Part shown: in pieces, positions 19,931-29,485 of the stretch
Layout of the letters: the number at the start of each line of letters is the position of its first letter
How positions within the stretch are numbered: position 1 is the stretch's first letter
Assembly (NCBI GenBank): GCA_963745025.1
Contig: CAVUWD010000005.1
Span: forward strand, 160,001-224,000
DNA length: 64,000 bases
Direction: 5' to 3'
Origin: an uncultured delta proteobacterium
GTDB lineage: Bacteria; Desulfobacterota; Binatia; JACPRU01
Notes under the pieces: model-generated
Told to the model about the DNA's origin: nothing
The model's input: the letters and a program-made list of their open reading frames with translations, nothing else
Database searches by the model: none
Position numbers and translations under genes: made by a program

Positions 19931-21121
19931 ATGCCAGGTGATCGATTGAGGTTGGGCTTCGTCGTGCCGCGCTATGGCCCGGAGATCGTCGGCGGAGCCG
20001 AGACGCTGGCGAGGGGTTTTGCGGAGAAGCTTCCGGTGGACCGCTTCGAGGTCGAGGTGCTGACGACGTGCGCGCGCGATCATCACACCTGGACCAACGT
20101 ACTGCCGAGCGGGGAGGAACGCAGCGGCGCGGTGACGGTGCGGCGCTTCGCCGTGTCGGCGCGCGACGTGGGGCGGTTTCTGGCGATCCAACAGCGAATG
20201 TCGGAAGGCTTTCCCCTCGAGCTCGAGGAGGAGCTCGCTTGGGCCGAGGGCAGCGTCAACTCGGAGGATCTCTACGACTACCTCCACGCCGAGCGCGAGC
20301 GCTTCTCCGCGCTGATCTTCCTCCCCTACCTGTTCGGCACGACGCTGCTCGGTACGCAAATCGATCCGGCGCGCTCCGTGCTGATCCCCTGTCTGCACGA
20401 CGAGCCGTTCGCCTACTTGAGGGTCGTCCGGCATCTGTTTCGCAGCGTGCGGGCCGTGCTGTTCAACAGCGCCCCCGAGCGTTCGCTCGCCCGGCGGCTC
20501 TATGGAGGCCCGAGGCAGGCGCCCGTGGTCGGCTTCGGCTTCGACCTCGTCGAGACGGCGAAAGAGGCGAGTCGCAGCTTTCGTTCGCGCTACGGGATCG
20601 ATGGGGACTACCTTCTGTATTTCGGACGGAAGGAGGGCGGAAAGAATCTGCCGTTGCTCCTCGAGTGCTTCCGCGCCTGCCGCGATGCGGGTCGGGGTTT
20701 GTCGCTCGTCGTCGCCGGCGACGGTTCCGTCGATGCGTCCGCCGGGATCGACGGGCTCGTCGACCTGCCTCGTTTGAGCGAAGACGAGAAGAACGCCGCC
20801 TGCGCGGGCGCGCTCGCCGTCTGCCAACCGTCGGTCAACGAATCCTTCTCGATCGTGCTGATGGAAGCGTGGCTTCAGGAGACACCGGCGCTCGTGAACG
20901 CACGCTGCCCGGTCACCTGCCATCACGTTGCGCTTTCGAACGGCGGGCTCTATTTCAACGACACCACGGAGTTCGCCGCCGAAGTCGAGTACCTGCGCGT
21001 GCACCGCGACGATCGCCGCGAGCTGGGTCGGCAGGGACGGCGCTACGTCGTCGAAAACTACTCGTGGCCGGCAGTGCTCGGGCGGTTCGAGCGCGCGCTC
21101 CACGCGGTTCTGGAAAGCTGA
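19931..21121 (+). CDS. Glycosyltransferase family 4
   Basis: VVPRYG..GGAE, PCLHDEP, YFGRKEGGKN and PSVNESFSIVLMEAW. Confidence 0.9.
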   Translation: MPGDRLRLGFVVPRYGPEIVGGAETLARGFAEKLPVDRFEVEVLTTCARDHHTWTNVLPSGEERSGAVTVRRFAVSARDVGRFLAIQQRMSEGFPLELEEELAWAEGSVNSEDLYDYLHAERERFSALIFLPYLFGTTLLGTQIDPARSVLIPCLHDEPFAYLRVVRHLFRSVRAVLFNSAPERSLARRLYGGPRQAPVVGFGFDLVETAKEASRSFRSRYGIDGDYLLYFGRKEGGKNLPLLLECFRACRDAGRGLSLVVAGDGSVDASAGIDGLVDLPRLSEDEKNAACAGALAVCQPSVNESFSIVLMEAWLQETPALVNARCPVTCHHVALSNGGLYFNDTTEFAAEVEYLRVHRDDRRELGRQGRRYVVENYSWPAVLGRFERALHAVLES

Positions 21122-21126
21122 GACGG

Positions 21127-21525
21127 ATGGACGCCACGGGAGGACCCAGCTTTCGGATTGCCGGAGAGATCGGTCGCGGTGTGGTCGAGAAGGTGCGTGC
21201 CAGGCTCGCCGACCGGTTGGCGCGTGGCATTCTCGATCGCGACGAGATCGCGCGTGTCTCGACGATGCCTCTTCGTACCTTCGCCGGCGGCGACGCGGCC
21301 TCGGAGATCTTCCGCCGCTGTTGCGTGACCTGGGAGGTCGATCGAGTGCCCGCCCTCACCTCGCACCGACCGCTGATCGGTCCGCTGCTCGTCGCGATCA
21401 AGCGCGTCGCTCGGCGCCTGCTCCGATTTCAGACCGAGGCGCAGTTCTCCCGCCAGCGGGATTTCAACTGGAACTTGTTGCTGGTGCTCCGGGAGCTTCT
21501 CGAGAGGGATGGGCGGCGGGGCTGA
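21127..21525 (+). CDS. Hypothetical protein in glycosyltransferase cluster
   Basis: TSHRPLIGPLLVAIKRVARRLLRF..QRDFN pattern; sits tightly between GT genes. Confidence 0.7.
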   Translation: MDATGGPSFRIAGEIGRGVVEKVRARLADRLARGILDRDEIARVSTMPLRTFAGGDAASEIFRRCCVTWEVDRVPALTSHRPLIGPLLVAIKRVARRLLRFQTEAQFSRQRDFNWNLLLVLRELLERDGRRG

Positions 21526-22594
21526 GGTCTTGGAACGATTTGTCCACCAGCTCGTGCCGAATCTCGCCTTCGGCGACGCGATCTCGCAACAGGCCCTGAC
21601 GCTGCGGCGGATCCTTCGTGCGCTGGGGGCGCGCTCGGAGATCTTCGCGGAGCACGTCGATTCCCAGCTTCGCGGCGAAGCTCGGCCGTACCGGCAGCTC
21701 CGCGACGAGGCGCGCGACGGCACGGTCGCGCTGTACCACTTCTCGATCGGCTCCGAGGTCACCGACCTCTATCGGCTGCTGCCGAATCCGCGAATCCTCG
21801 TCTACCACAACATCACCCCGCCCGAGTTCTTCCGCGGCGTCAATGCCGAGGTGGCTCGCCTGTGCGCCCGCGGGCGGGAAGAGCTCCGAGCCTTGCGAGC
21901 GCACTGCACGCTCGCGCTCGCCGATTCCGAGTTCAACCGTCAGGAGCTCGCGGCGCTCGGCTTCGAGCATACGGCCGTGCTGCCGATTCTCCTCGATCCC
22001 GAGCGATACCGCGTCCGACCGGTGCGCCGTCTCGAGCGGCCGTACCGGGATGGGCACGTGAACTTCCTGCACGTCGGCCGTTTGGTGCCGAACAAACGGA
22101 TCGAGGATGTGCTCAAGGTCTTCTACTTCTACCGGCGGCGCATCAACCCCGACAGCCGCCTCTTTCTCGTCGGCATCGACACCGACATGGAGATCTACTC
22201 CGTGGCGCTGCGGCAGATGATCCACGACCTCGGGCTCTCGGGAGTCGCCTTTGCGGGACGGGTATCGCAGCGCGAGCTGGTGACCTACTACCGCCTGGCT
22301 CACGTCTACCTCTGCATGAGCGAGCACGAAGGGTTCTGTGTGCCCCTCGTCGAGGCCATGCACTTCGGCGTGCCGATCATCGCCTACGCCGCCGGAGCAG
22401 TCCCCGAGACGCTCGGCGACGCGGGCGCGCTGGTCCTGCGCAAGGACTTTGCCGAGATCGCGGAGCTGGCGGCGATGATTTGCGAGGACCCGACCCTGCG
22501 CGAAGCGCTGGCCGCCAGAGGTCGCGCCCGCGCCCGCGAGTTCCTCCCCGAGGCGGTCACTCCGGGGCTCGAGCGGCTCCTCGGCTCGGTATGA
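21509..22594 (+). CDS. Glycosyltransferase family 4
   Basis: GDAISQ, YHNITPPEFF, VGRLVPNKRIED and SEHEGFCVPLVEAM. Confidence 0.9.
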   Translation: MGGGAEVLERFVHQLVPNLAFGDAISQQALTLRRILRALGARSEIFAEHVDSQLRGEARPYRQLRDEARDGTVALYHFSIGSEVTDLYRLLPNPRILVYHNITPPEFFRGVNAEVARLCARGREELRALRAHCTLALADSEFNRQELAALGFEHTAVLPILLDPERYRVRPVRRLERPYRDGHVNFLHVGRLVPNKRIEDVLKVFYFYRRRINPDSRLFLVGIDTDMEIYSVALRQMIHDLGLSGVAFAGRVSQRELVTYYRLAHVYLCMSEHEGFCVPLVEAMHFGVPIIAYAAGAVPETLGDAGALVLRKDFAEIAELAAMICEDPTLREALAARGRARAREFLPEAVTPGLERLLGSV

Positions 22595-23793
22595 GCCCGG
22601 CTCAGAGCGTGGCGAGTTCCTCGAGGCCGTGCGTCGCCCTCGTCGTGCAGCGCTACGGGGCCGAGGTCGACGGCGGATCCGAAACGCTCTGCCGACAAGT
22701 GGCCGAGCGGCTCACGGATTGGGCGAGCGTCGAGGTCGTCACCACGACGGCCGTGGACTATCTCACGTGGAAGAACGAGCTGCCTGCCGGGGTGACCGAG
22801 CGAGGAGGCGTCCGCGTACGGCGCTTCCCGGTAGCGAGTCGCCGCTGGGTGCGCAGCTTCGGCCGCCTGTCCGAGCGTCTGTACCGTACGCCGCATACCA
22901 TCGAGGACGAGCTCGACTGGATGATCCGCCAAGGGCCACGGACGCCGGAGCTCCTCGCGTATCTGAAGGAGGCGGAATCTCGCTTCGACGCGTTCGTGTT
23001 CTTCACGTACCTCTATTATCCGACGTACTTCGGGCTCCCGCTGGTGGCCGGCAAGAGCGTGCTCGTTCCGACCCTTCACGAGGAGCCGCCGGCGCGTTTC
23101 GACATCTTCCGTTCGCTCTTCCGGCTGCCGCGCGCCTTCGTGTGGAATACGCCGGAGGAGCGTGATCTCGCTCGCGCGATGTTCGGCATCGAGGCCGAAG
23201 GGGAGGTCGCGGGAATCGGCATCGATCCGCCGGCAACGCATACGCCCGACGGCTTTCGCCGTCGTCACGGGCTCGGCGAATTCCTCCTCTACGTCGGCCG
23301 TCTCGACGTATGGAAGGGCATTCCGGAGCTGCTCGATCACTTTGGTCGCTACCGTTCCGAGCGTGCTCCGGATCTCACCCTGGTACTCGCCGGCAAGCGG
23401 CACATGAAGCTACCGCGGCGGGCGGGGGTCGCGCCCGTCGGCTATCTCGAGGACGGGGAGAAGATGCAGGCATTCGCGGGCGCGAGCGCTACGATCATCC
23501 CGTCGCCCTTCGAGAGCCTCTCCGTCGTTGCCCTCGAGAGTTGGGCCGTGGGCACGCCCGTCGCCGCCAGCGCGCGAAGTCGGGCCGTGGTCGGCCAGTG
23601 CGAGCGAAGCGGTGCCGGACTCGCCTACTCCACCTACGAGGAGTTTCGATCGGCCATCGACCGGCTGCGCTCGCCCGAGGGAAGGGAGCTCGGGAACAAC
23701 GGTCGGCGCTTCGTGGCGGAGCAGTGCTCGTGGGAGCGTATCGTCGGCGTCTATCGGCGAGCGATCGAACGCGCGAGCGGAGCCAGTCGGTGA
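22591..23793 (+). CDS. Glycosyltransferase family 4
   Basis: VVQRYG..GGSE, FFTYLYYPT and PSPFESLSVVALESW; paralog of 19931-21121. Confidence 0.9.
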   Translation: MSPAQSVASSSRPCVALVVQRYGAEVDGGSETLCRQVAERLTDWASVEVVTTTAVDYLTWKNELPAGVTERGGVRVRRFPVASRRWVRSFGRLSERLYRTPHTIEDELDWMIRQGPRTPELLAYLKEAESRFDAFVFFTYLYYPTYFGLPLVAGKSVLVPTLHEEPPARFDIFRSLFRLPRAFVWNTPEERDLARAMFGIEAEGEVAGIGIDPPATHTPDGFRRRHGLGEFLLYVGRLDVWKGIPELLDHFGRYRSERAPDLTLVLAGKRHMKLPRRAGVAPVGYLEDGEKMQAFAGASATIIPSPFESLSVVALESWAVGTPVAASARSRAVVGQCERSGAGLAYSTYEEFRSAIDRLRSPEGRELGNNGRRFVAEQCSWERIVGVYRRAIERASGASR

Positions 23794-24980
23794 CACCGCT
23801 TCCCCGCGTCGCGGTCGACGTCCGCGGCTTGCAGAAGGGCTTCAAGTCACACGAGGGACGCGGCATCGGACGCTACGTGCGCTCGCTCCTCGAGGCGATG
23901 CTCCCGCTCGACCCGGAGCGGCGCATCGGCTTTCTCGCCGACGCCGACGGCGAGCTCGACGGCATCGGCCGCGGCAGCGCCGAGCGACTGCATCGTATTG
24001 CTTCACCGCGCTGGCTCAAACGGCTCGGGCCGGAAGCGGCCCACGTTCGCCAGCACATCTACTGGCCGCGCGCCCTGCCAGCTCTGCCGTTCGATCTCTA
24101 CCACTTTTGCTCGCAGACCGATGCCCCGGCGACGCTCGACTCCCCCTACGTGGTGACGGTCCTCGATCTCATTCCCCATCGTCTGCCCGAGCTCTATCGT
24201 CAGGGAAAGAACCGTGCGCGCTTCCTGCTCGGCCGCTGGCTCGAGCGACGCGCGCTGCGACGCGCGCGCGGACTGATCGCGATCTCCAAGTATACGGCGG
24301 ACGATTTGGTGAGGCTGCTTGGCATTCCGCGCAGTCGCATCGCGGTCACGCCGCTCGCCGTGCGCGCCGGGCTCGCGCCTGCTCGGGAGCCCGAGGTCGC
24401 CGCCTTCTGTCGACGCCACCGGCTCCGCGCGGGCTACCTGCTTTACGTCGGCGGGATCGACCGGCGGAAGAACATCCCGTTTCTCCTCGAGGGGATGCGT
24501 GCGATCGTCGCCCAGCGACCCGACGCGGAGCTGGTGCTCGCGGGTCGCTATCGCGACGATCCCGACTTCGCCGAGCTCGTCGTACGCTTGAAGCGCCTCG
24601 GCCTCGAGGACTCGGTGCGGCTCGCGGGCTACGTGGCGGAGGAAGAGCTGGCGGCGCTCTACGCGGGTGCTTCGGTGTTCGTCTATCCTAGCCTCTACGA
24701 GGGTTTCGGATTGCCGCCGCTCGAGGCGATGGCCTGCGGCGCGCCGGTCGTAGCCGCCGATCGCACCGCGCTCCCGGAAGTGCTCGGCCATGCGGCGCTG
24801 CTCGTCGATCCGCAAGACGTGGCCGAGTTCGCCGAGGCGACCCTCTCCTTGCTGGATCACCCGGAGCGGAGACGGGAGCTCTCCGAAGCTGGGCAGCGGC
24901 AAGCGAAGCGCTTCACTTGGGATGCGACCGCGCGGGCGACGCTCGAGGCGTATCGGCAGTTCGCGGAGCTGCCGCCATAA
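23790..24980 (+). CDS. Glycosyltransferase family 4 (mannosyltransferase-like)
   Basis: GIGRYV, YVGGIDRRKN and PSLYEGFGLPPLEAMACG. Confidence 0.9.
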   Translation: MTPLPRVAVDVRGLQKGFKSHEGRGIGRYVRSLLEAMLPLDPERRIGFLADADGELDGIGRGSAERLHRIASPRWLKRLGPEAAHVRQHIYWPRALPALPFDLYHFCSQTDAPATLDSPYVVTVLDLIPHRLPELYRQGKNRARFLLGRWLERRALRRARGLIAISKYTADDLVRLLGIPRSRIAVTPLAVRAGLAPAREPEVAAFCRRHRLRAGYLLYVGGIDRRKNIPFLLEGMRAIVAQRPDAELVLAGRYRDDPDFAELVVRLKRLGLEDSVRLAGYVAEEELAALYAGASVFVYPSLYEGFGLPPLEAMACGAPVVAADRTALPEVLGHAALLVDPQDVAEFAEATLSLLDHPERRRELSEAGQRQAKRFTWDATARATLEAYRQFAELPP

Positions 24981-24982
24981 GA

Positions 24983-25051
24983 GACTACCGGCTACCGACT
25001 ACCGCAAGAGACACCGTTGAGTCTTTGCCGGTAGCCGGAACCCGGTAGCCG
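24983..25051. repeat. Heptamer-armed REP-like palindrome, copy 3
   Basis: GACTACCGGCTACCGACTACCG..AGAGAC..GTCTTT..CCGGTAGCCGGAACCCGGTAGCCG. Confidence 0.75.
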
Positions 25052-25067
25052 TTTTCGGAGGTGCATC

Positions 25068-25670
25068 ATGCGACTCTATGACTTTCTCCCTTCGGGCAAC
25101 GGTTACAAGGTCCGGCTGCTGCTCACCCAGTTAGCCATTCCGTTCGAGCGCATGGAGATGAACATCCTCGAGCAGGCCACGCGCACGCCCGAATTCCTCG
25201 CCAAGAATCCGAACGGCAGGATTCCCGTGCTCGAGCTCGAGGATGGGACGTTCCTCGCCGAGTCGAACGCGATTCTCTTCTACCTCGCCGAAGGGACGCC
25301 GCTTCTACCGAGCGGCCGCCTGGAGCGTGCGCGCGTGCTGCAGTGGATGTTCTTCGAACAGTACAGCCACGAGCCGTACATCGCCGTGGCGCGTGCGTGG
25401 CTGCACATCTTCGGCATGGACGAGGAGCGCCGTCGGCAGCTGTCGCAGAAGCAGAAACTCGGCTACGACGCGCTCGGCGTCATGGAGGGTCATTTGGCGG
25501 CGCGCGCGTTCTTCGTCGGCGAGCGCTACTCGATTGCCGACATCGCGCTCTACGCCTACACGCACGTCGCCGACGAGGGCGGATTCGATCTCGCGCGTTT
25601 TCCGGCCGTGCGCGCCTGGCTCGATCGTGTACGCGCAGAGCCGCGGCACATTCCGATTACGCAGGGATGA
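25068..25670 (+). CDS. Glutathione S-transferase
   Basis: SGNGYKVRLLL, NPNGRIPVL, ESNAIL and SIADIALY; GGAGG RBS. Confidence 0.93.
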   Translation: MRLYDFLPSGNGYKVRLLLTQLAIPFERMEMNILEQATRTPEFLAKNPNGRIPVLELEDGTFLAESNAILFYLAEGTPLLPSGRLERARVLQWMFFEQYSHEPYIAVARAWLHIFGMDEERRRQLSQKQKLGYDALGVMEGHLAARAFFVGERYSIADIALYAYTHVADEGGFDLARFPAVRAWLDRVRAEPRHIPITQG

Positions 25671-25671
25671 T

Positions 25672-25725
25672 CGGCTACCGGCTGCCGGCTACCGCACGAG
25701 AGACCTTGATATTCTTGCCGGCGGC
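25672..25725. repeat. Heptamer-armed REP-like palindrome, copy 4 (degenerate right arm)
   Basis: CGGCTACCGGCTGCCGGCTACCG...TTCTTGCCGGCGGCC. Confidence 0.6.
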
Positions 25726-25807
25726 CGCCTTCAGTCCGCGCCGGATCTCGACGACTCGTGAGAACCGCTCGTCGACGAGCTCGCGCGTCGTCATCGCGGC
25801 CGTTTCG

Positions 25808-26719
25808 TCAATCGCGCCTGATCCGATAGCCGACGCGCGGAAAGTGGACGATGACCTCGCCGACGGAGGCATCTTCGCGCAGCAGAGAGATCTCCTGCGC
25901 GCTCGTGCGCACGAGCGCGCCGGAGACCTTCTCGACGCCGTAATCGTCGGGCACGACGCTGACACGGTCTCCCGGCTTGAGCCCGTTCGGGTCCTCGCCG
26001 TCGATCCCCTCGGGAGTGAGCGGCAGGCTGTGACGGGCGATCGCCAGGGCTTCGTCCGGATCGAGCGGGGTCATCTCGCCTCGCCCCATGGCGTCGACGC
26101 GGTCGAACCACTTCTTCAGCGCCGGGCGAGCCGCCACCCAGGCGAGCGAGTCGGCGTCGCTGCGCAGGAACCACAAGGGGTGGAAGCACGCGGCGTCGGC
26201 GAGGCTGAAGGCGGCGCCGAGCAGATAGTCCCGGCCACGCAGCTGCGTATCCAGCCAATCGATCGCCGCGACCAGCCGACTGCGGCAGTCGGGCAGCGAG
26301 GCTTTGAAATTCTCGAACGTCAAGCCCGGCGACATCGCCTGGCGATCCTTCATGAACTCCGGCGGTAGCGCATCGATGATCTTGACGATCGCGGGGGGGA
26401 CCGCCGCCATGAACAGCCAATGATCCGCCCAGTGGGCGATGATCTCGCATGCGCCCTGGCTGGCGCCGGGAAAGCAGGACGGCTCTGGTACGCGCTCTTC
26501 CAGGACGCGCGCGATGAGCGCGGTATCGCAGTAGACGTCCGCGCCGATCTGCAGCACCGGGATCTTTCGGTAGCCGCCGGTCAGCGGTGTCAGCTTCGGC
26601 TTCGGGGCGATGATCGGCTGCTCGACGCCGCGCCACGCGATGCCCTTCAGGGCGAGGATCTTGCGGATCTTCTCGGAGAACGGCGAGACGTCGTAGTGAT
26701 GAAGAATGATCTCTTCCAT
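25808..26719 (-). CDS. Glutathione S-transferase family protein (long form)
   Basis: SPFSEKIR, LTGGYRKIPVLQIGADVYCDT and C-terminal VHFPRVGY. Confidence 0.88.
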   Translation of the reverse strand: MEEIILHHYDVSPFSEKIRKILALKGIAWRGVEQPIIAPKPKLTPLTGGYRKIPVLQIGADVYCDTALIARVLEERVPEPSCFPGASQGACEIIAHWADHWLFMAAVPPAIVKIIDALPPEFMKDRQAMSPGLTFENFKASLPDCRSRLVAAIDWLDTQLRGRDYLLGAAFSLADAACFHPLWFLRSDADSLAWVAARPALKKWFDRVDAMGRGEMTPLDPDEALAIARHSLPLTPEGIDGEDPNGLKPGDRVSVVPDDYGVEKVSGALVRTSAQEISLLREDASVGEVIVHFPRVGYRIRRD

Positions 26720-26727
26720 GAAGTTCC

Positions 26728-27834
26728 TCAACGGGCGCCGAGCGCGCGCCGCTTCTCGTAGGCCTCGCGGACGATGCGAACGTCCTCGAGGTAGCCTGGG
26801 AGATCGCGGAGGAGGAGGGCCTGCGGGCCATCACAGAGCGCGACCTCGGGTGCCGGGTGGAAATCGACGAGCAGCATGTTGGCGCCGGCGATGACCGCCT
26901 GGGCCGAGACGTGATGGATGTCGAGCAGGCCGTCGGGGGCTGCCTCGCGGCGGCCGATGGAATGGGACGGATCGACGCACACGGGGAGCCGAGTCAGCCG
27001 CTTGACGACGGGCACGTGAGCGACGTCGACGAAGTTGCGGTGCGGATCGCCGAGGTTCGACTTGACGCCGCGCAGACAGAAGACGATCCGACGGTTGCCC
27101 TCGCTCGCCACGTATTCACACGCGTTGAAGGACTCCTCGAGCGTGATTCCCATGCCCCGCTTGTAGAGCACGGGAAACTCGGTCTGCTGCCCGACCACCT
27201 TGAGAAGCTCGAAATTCTGCGCGTTGCGGGTTCCAATCTGCAGCATGACACCGGTCGGGTTCCCGGCTGCGGCGAGCGCGGAGCGGATCTCCCCGATCTG
27301 TTGCTCGTGGGTCACTTCCATGGCGATCACGCGGATGCCGTATTTACCGGCGAGCTCGAACACGTAAGGGAGGCACTGGCGGCCGTGGCCCTGGAAGTCA
27401 TAGGGGCTGGTGCGCGGCTTGTACGCACCCATGCGCGTCGTCACCTGGCCGGCGTCGCGGAGCGCGCGCATCGTCTCCTCGGTGTGCTCGCGCGAGTCGA
27501 CCGCGCAGAGCCCGGCGAACACGTGCAGCGACTCCTGATCGAATCGCACGCCATTGTACTCGAAGCCGAACGACTCCACCTGACCGCGGTGCCGGCCGAT
27601 CAGCCGGTAGCGGTCCGAGACTCGCACCACCTGCTGCACGCCGGGCAGCTCTTCGAGCGGCTCCTTGGGGATCGCCGCCGTGGTGCCGATCACGTGGATC
27701 TCGATCACCGAACGGGTCTGTCCGCGCTCGGCGTGGACGCGCGTGGTCACGCCCGGATAAGCGGAGAGAGCGCGCATGATCCGCTCGACCTCGGGACCGG
27801 TCGCAGTGACGTCGGGCTTCAGGAGAATGATCAC
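26728..27834 (-). CDS. aroF: 3-deoxy-7-phosphoheptulonate (DAHP) synthase, type I-beta, with N-terminal regulatory domain
   Basis: GAYKPRTSPYDFQG, QIGTRNAQNF, KRGMG, VDPSH and HPAPEVALCDG. Confidence 0.88.
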   Translation of the reverse strand: MIILLKPDVTATGPEVERIMRALSAYPGVTTRVHAERGQTRSVIEIHVIGTTAAIPKEPLEELPGVQQVVRVSDRYRLIGRHRGQVESFGFEYNGVRFDQESLHVFAGLCAVDSREHTEETMRALRDAGQVTTRMGAYKPRTSPYDFQGHGRQCLPYVFELAGKYGIRVIAMEVTHEQQIGEIRSALAAAGNPTGVMLQIGTRNAQNFELLKVVGQQTEFPVLYKRGMGITLEESFNACEYVASEGNRRIVFCLRGVKSNLGDPHRNFVDVAHVPVVKRLTRLPVCVDPSHSIGRREAAPDGLLDIHHVSAQAVIAGANMLLVDFHPAPEVALCDGPQALLLRDLPGYLEDVRIVREAYEKRRALGAR

Positions 27835-27844
27835 GGGAGTCGCT

Positions 27845-28744
27845 TCAGAGAACCTTGTTCAGGGGGTATTCGATGATGCCGACGGCGCCGGTCGAGAGCA
27901 GCTTTGGCACCAGCTCCCGAACCATCGCTTCGGAGATCACGCTCTCGACCGACAGCCAGTGCTCTCCGTGCAGGTTCGGGGTCGGATGGAGATTCGCCAC
28001 CGTCGGCGCGGTGAGGCTCGGGATCAGCGCAATCACTCGCTCGAGGTCGTCCTTGCGCACGTTCATCTTGATGCCGACCTGGCTCTCTGCGGCCATCGCC
28101 CCGACGACGAGTCGCTCGATCTGCGCAATCTTCTCGCGCTTCCAGGGATCCGCCATGGCGGAAGAATTGGCGACGAGCTGCGGATTCGATTCGAGCAGGT
28201 CGGCAACGATCCGTAGACCGTGCGCGCGGATCGTCGAGCCCGTCTCGGTGACCTCGATGATCGCGTCGACGAGACCCTCGGCCGCCTTGGCCTCGGTCGC
28301 GCCCCACGAGAACTCGACTTGGACGGCGATGCCGCGCTCCTCGAAGTAGCGGCGCGAGAAATTCGTCATCTCGCTGGCGATCCGCTTGCCGGCGAGGTCC
28401 TCGAGCTTGCGGATCGGCGAATCGGCCGGCACGGCGAGCACCCAGCGCGTCGGGCGGCGGCTGACCTTCGAGTAAACGAAGTCGGCGACGACCTCGAGAT
28501 CGACACCGTTCTCGACGATCCAATCTTTGCCGGTGACGCCTGCGTCGAGCGTGCCGTCGGCGATGTAGCGCGGCATCTCCTGCGGGCGCATCAGCGCGCA
28601 GCGGATCTCGGGATCGTCGATCGAGGGGAAGTAGCTCCGCTCGCCGGCGGAGATCTTCCACCCCGCTTTGCGGAAGAGCTCGATGGTCGCCTGCTCGAGG
28701 CTCCCCTTCGGCAGGCCAAGCTTCAGCACGCGCTCGGTGCTCAC
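27845..28744 (-). CDS. hisG: ATP phosphoribosyltransferase (long form)
   Basis: [29 protein letters not shown] and [10 protein letters not shown]. Confidence 0.93.
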   Translation of the reverse strand: MSTERVLKLGLPKGSLEQATIELFRKAGWKISAGERSYFPSIDDPEIRCALMRPQEMPRYIADGTLDAGVTGKDWIVENGVDLEVVADFVYSKVSRRPTRWVLAVPADSPIRKLEDLAGKRIASEMTNFSRRYFEERGIAVQVEFSWGATEAKAAEGLVDAIIEVTETGSTIRAHGLRIVADLLESNPQLVANSSAMADPWKREKIAQIERLVVGAMAAESQVGIKMNVRKDDLERVIALIPSLTAPTVANLHPTPNLHGEHWLSVESVISEAMVRELVPKLLSTGAVGIIEYPLNKVL

Positions 28745-29133
28745 TTCTTCTTCGCTCCGTACACCTTCTCGGGATCGAACACCGGCTCGAGAATCGTCCG
28801 CCACGAGGCGCCGTCTTTGGTCTCGCGATAGAAACAGTTTCGCCGACCGGTGTGGCAAGCGGCTCCGCCGTGCTGGTGGACCTTCAAGAGGATCGTGTCG
28901 GCGTCGCAGTCGACGTAGATGCCGCGGACGTCTTGATGGTTTCCGGATTCTTCGCCTTTGCGCCAGAGTCCCCGCGAGCGGCTCCAGTACACCGCGCGCC
29001 GGGACTCCACGGTCGCGCGAAACGCCTGCTCGTTCATGTGCGCGAGCATCAGGACTTCACCCGTCTCCGCGTCCTGGGTGATCACCGGCACGAGCCCGCC
29101 GCCCTTGTCGAAATCGATTTTGATCTCTTCCAT
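28741..29133 (-). CDS. hisI: Phosphoribosyl-AMP cyclohydrolase
   Basis: [20 protein letters not shown] and [10 protein letters not shown]. Confidence 0.93.
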   Translation of the reverse strand: MEEIKIDFDKGGGLVPVITQDAETGEVLMLAHMNEQAFRATVESRRAVYWSRSRGLWRKGEESGNHQDVRGIYVDCDADTILLKVHQHGGAACHTGRRNCFYRETKDGASWRTILEPVFDPEKVYGAKKK

Positions 29134-29181
29134 GGCTAAGCGGGCAAATATTCCGTACGGGAGGGGCAAAAGCAAACTGGC

Positions 29182-29379
29182 CTACTCTCGGCGCGCCCCA
29201 CGATCGCATCGCGAAGCGTCTTCAGACGGGATCGTACCGGTGTGGAGCGAGGTGCCGCCGAGCCTGTGACGCCGGTCGGTGACCGCCACCCGCTTGCGTG
29301 GCATGGCCGCGCGGATCACGGCCTTCCGTCCGGCAGGTCCGCTGCCGATCACGACGAGGTCGTACGGATCGTCCGGCAC
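29182..29379 (-). pseudogene. 5-prime remnant of a soluble pyridine-nucleotide transhydrogenase (SthA)/flavoprotein disulfide reductase
   Basis: YDLVVIGSGPAG..LGGTSLHTGTIPS; after a 1-nt shift it reads KTLRDA, then the homology ends. Confidence 0.7.
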
Positions 29380-29485
29380 GCCGCTGTTCCCAGAGCCCAG
29401 ACGTCCGGCGGGCAAGCGACGCGCGCACGCGCGCTCCTGTCGCCGGCCCTTTTTCTTCCCGGCACGATTCGGTAATCAGCGAGTC

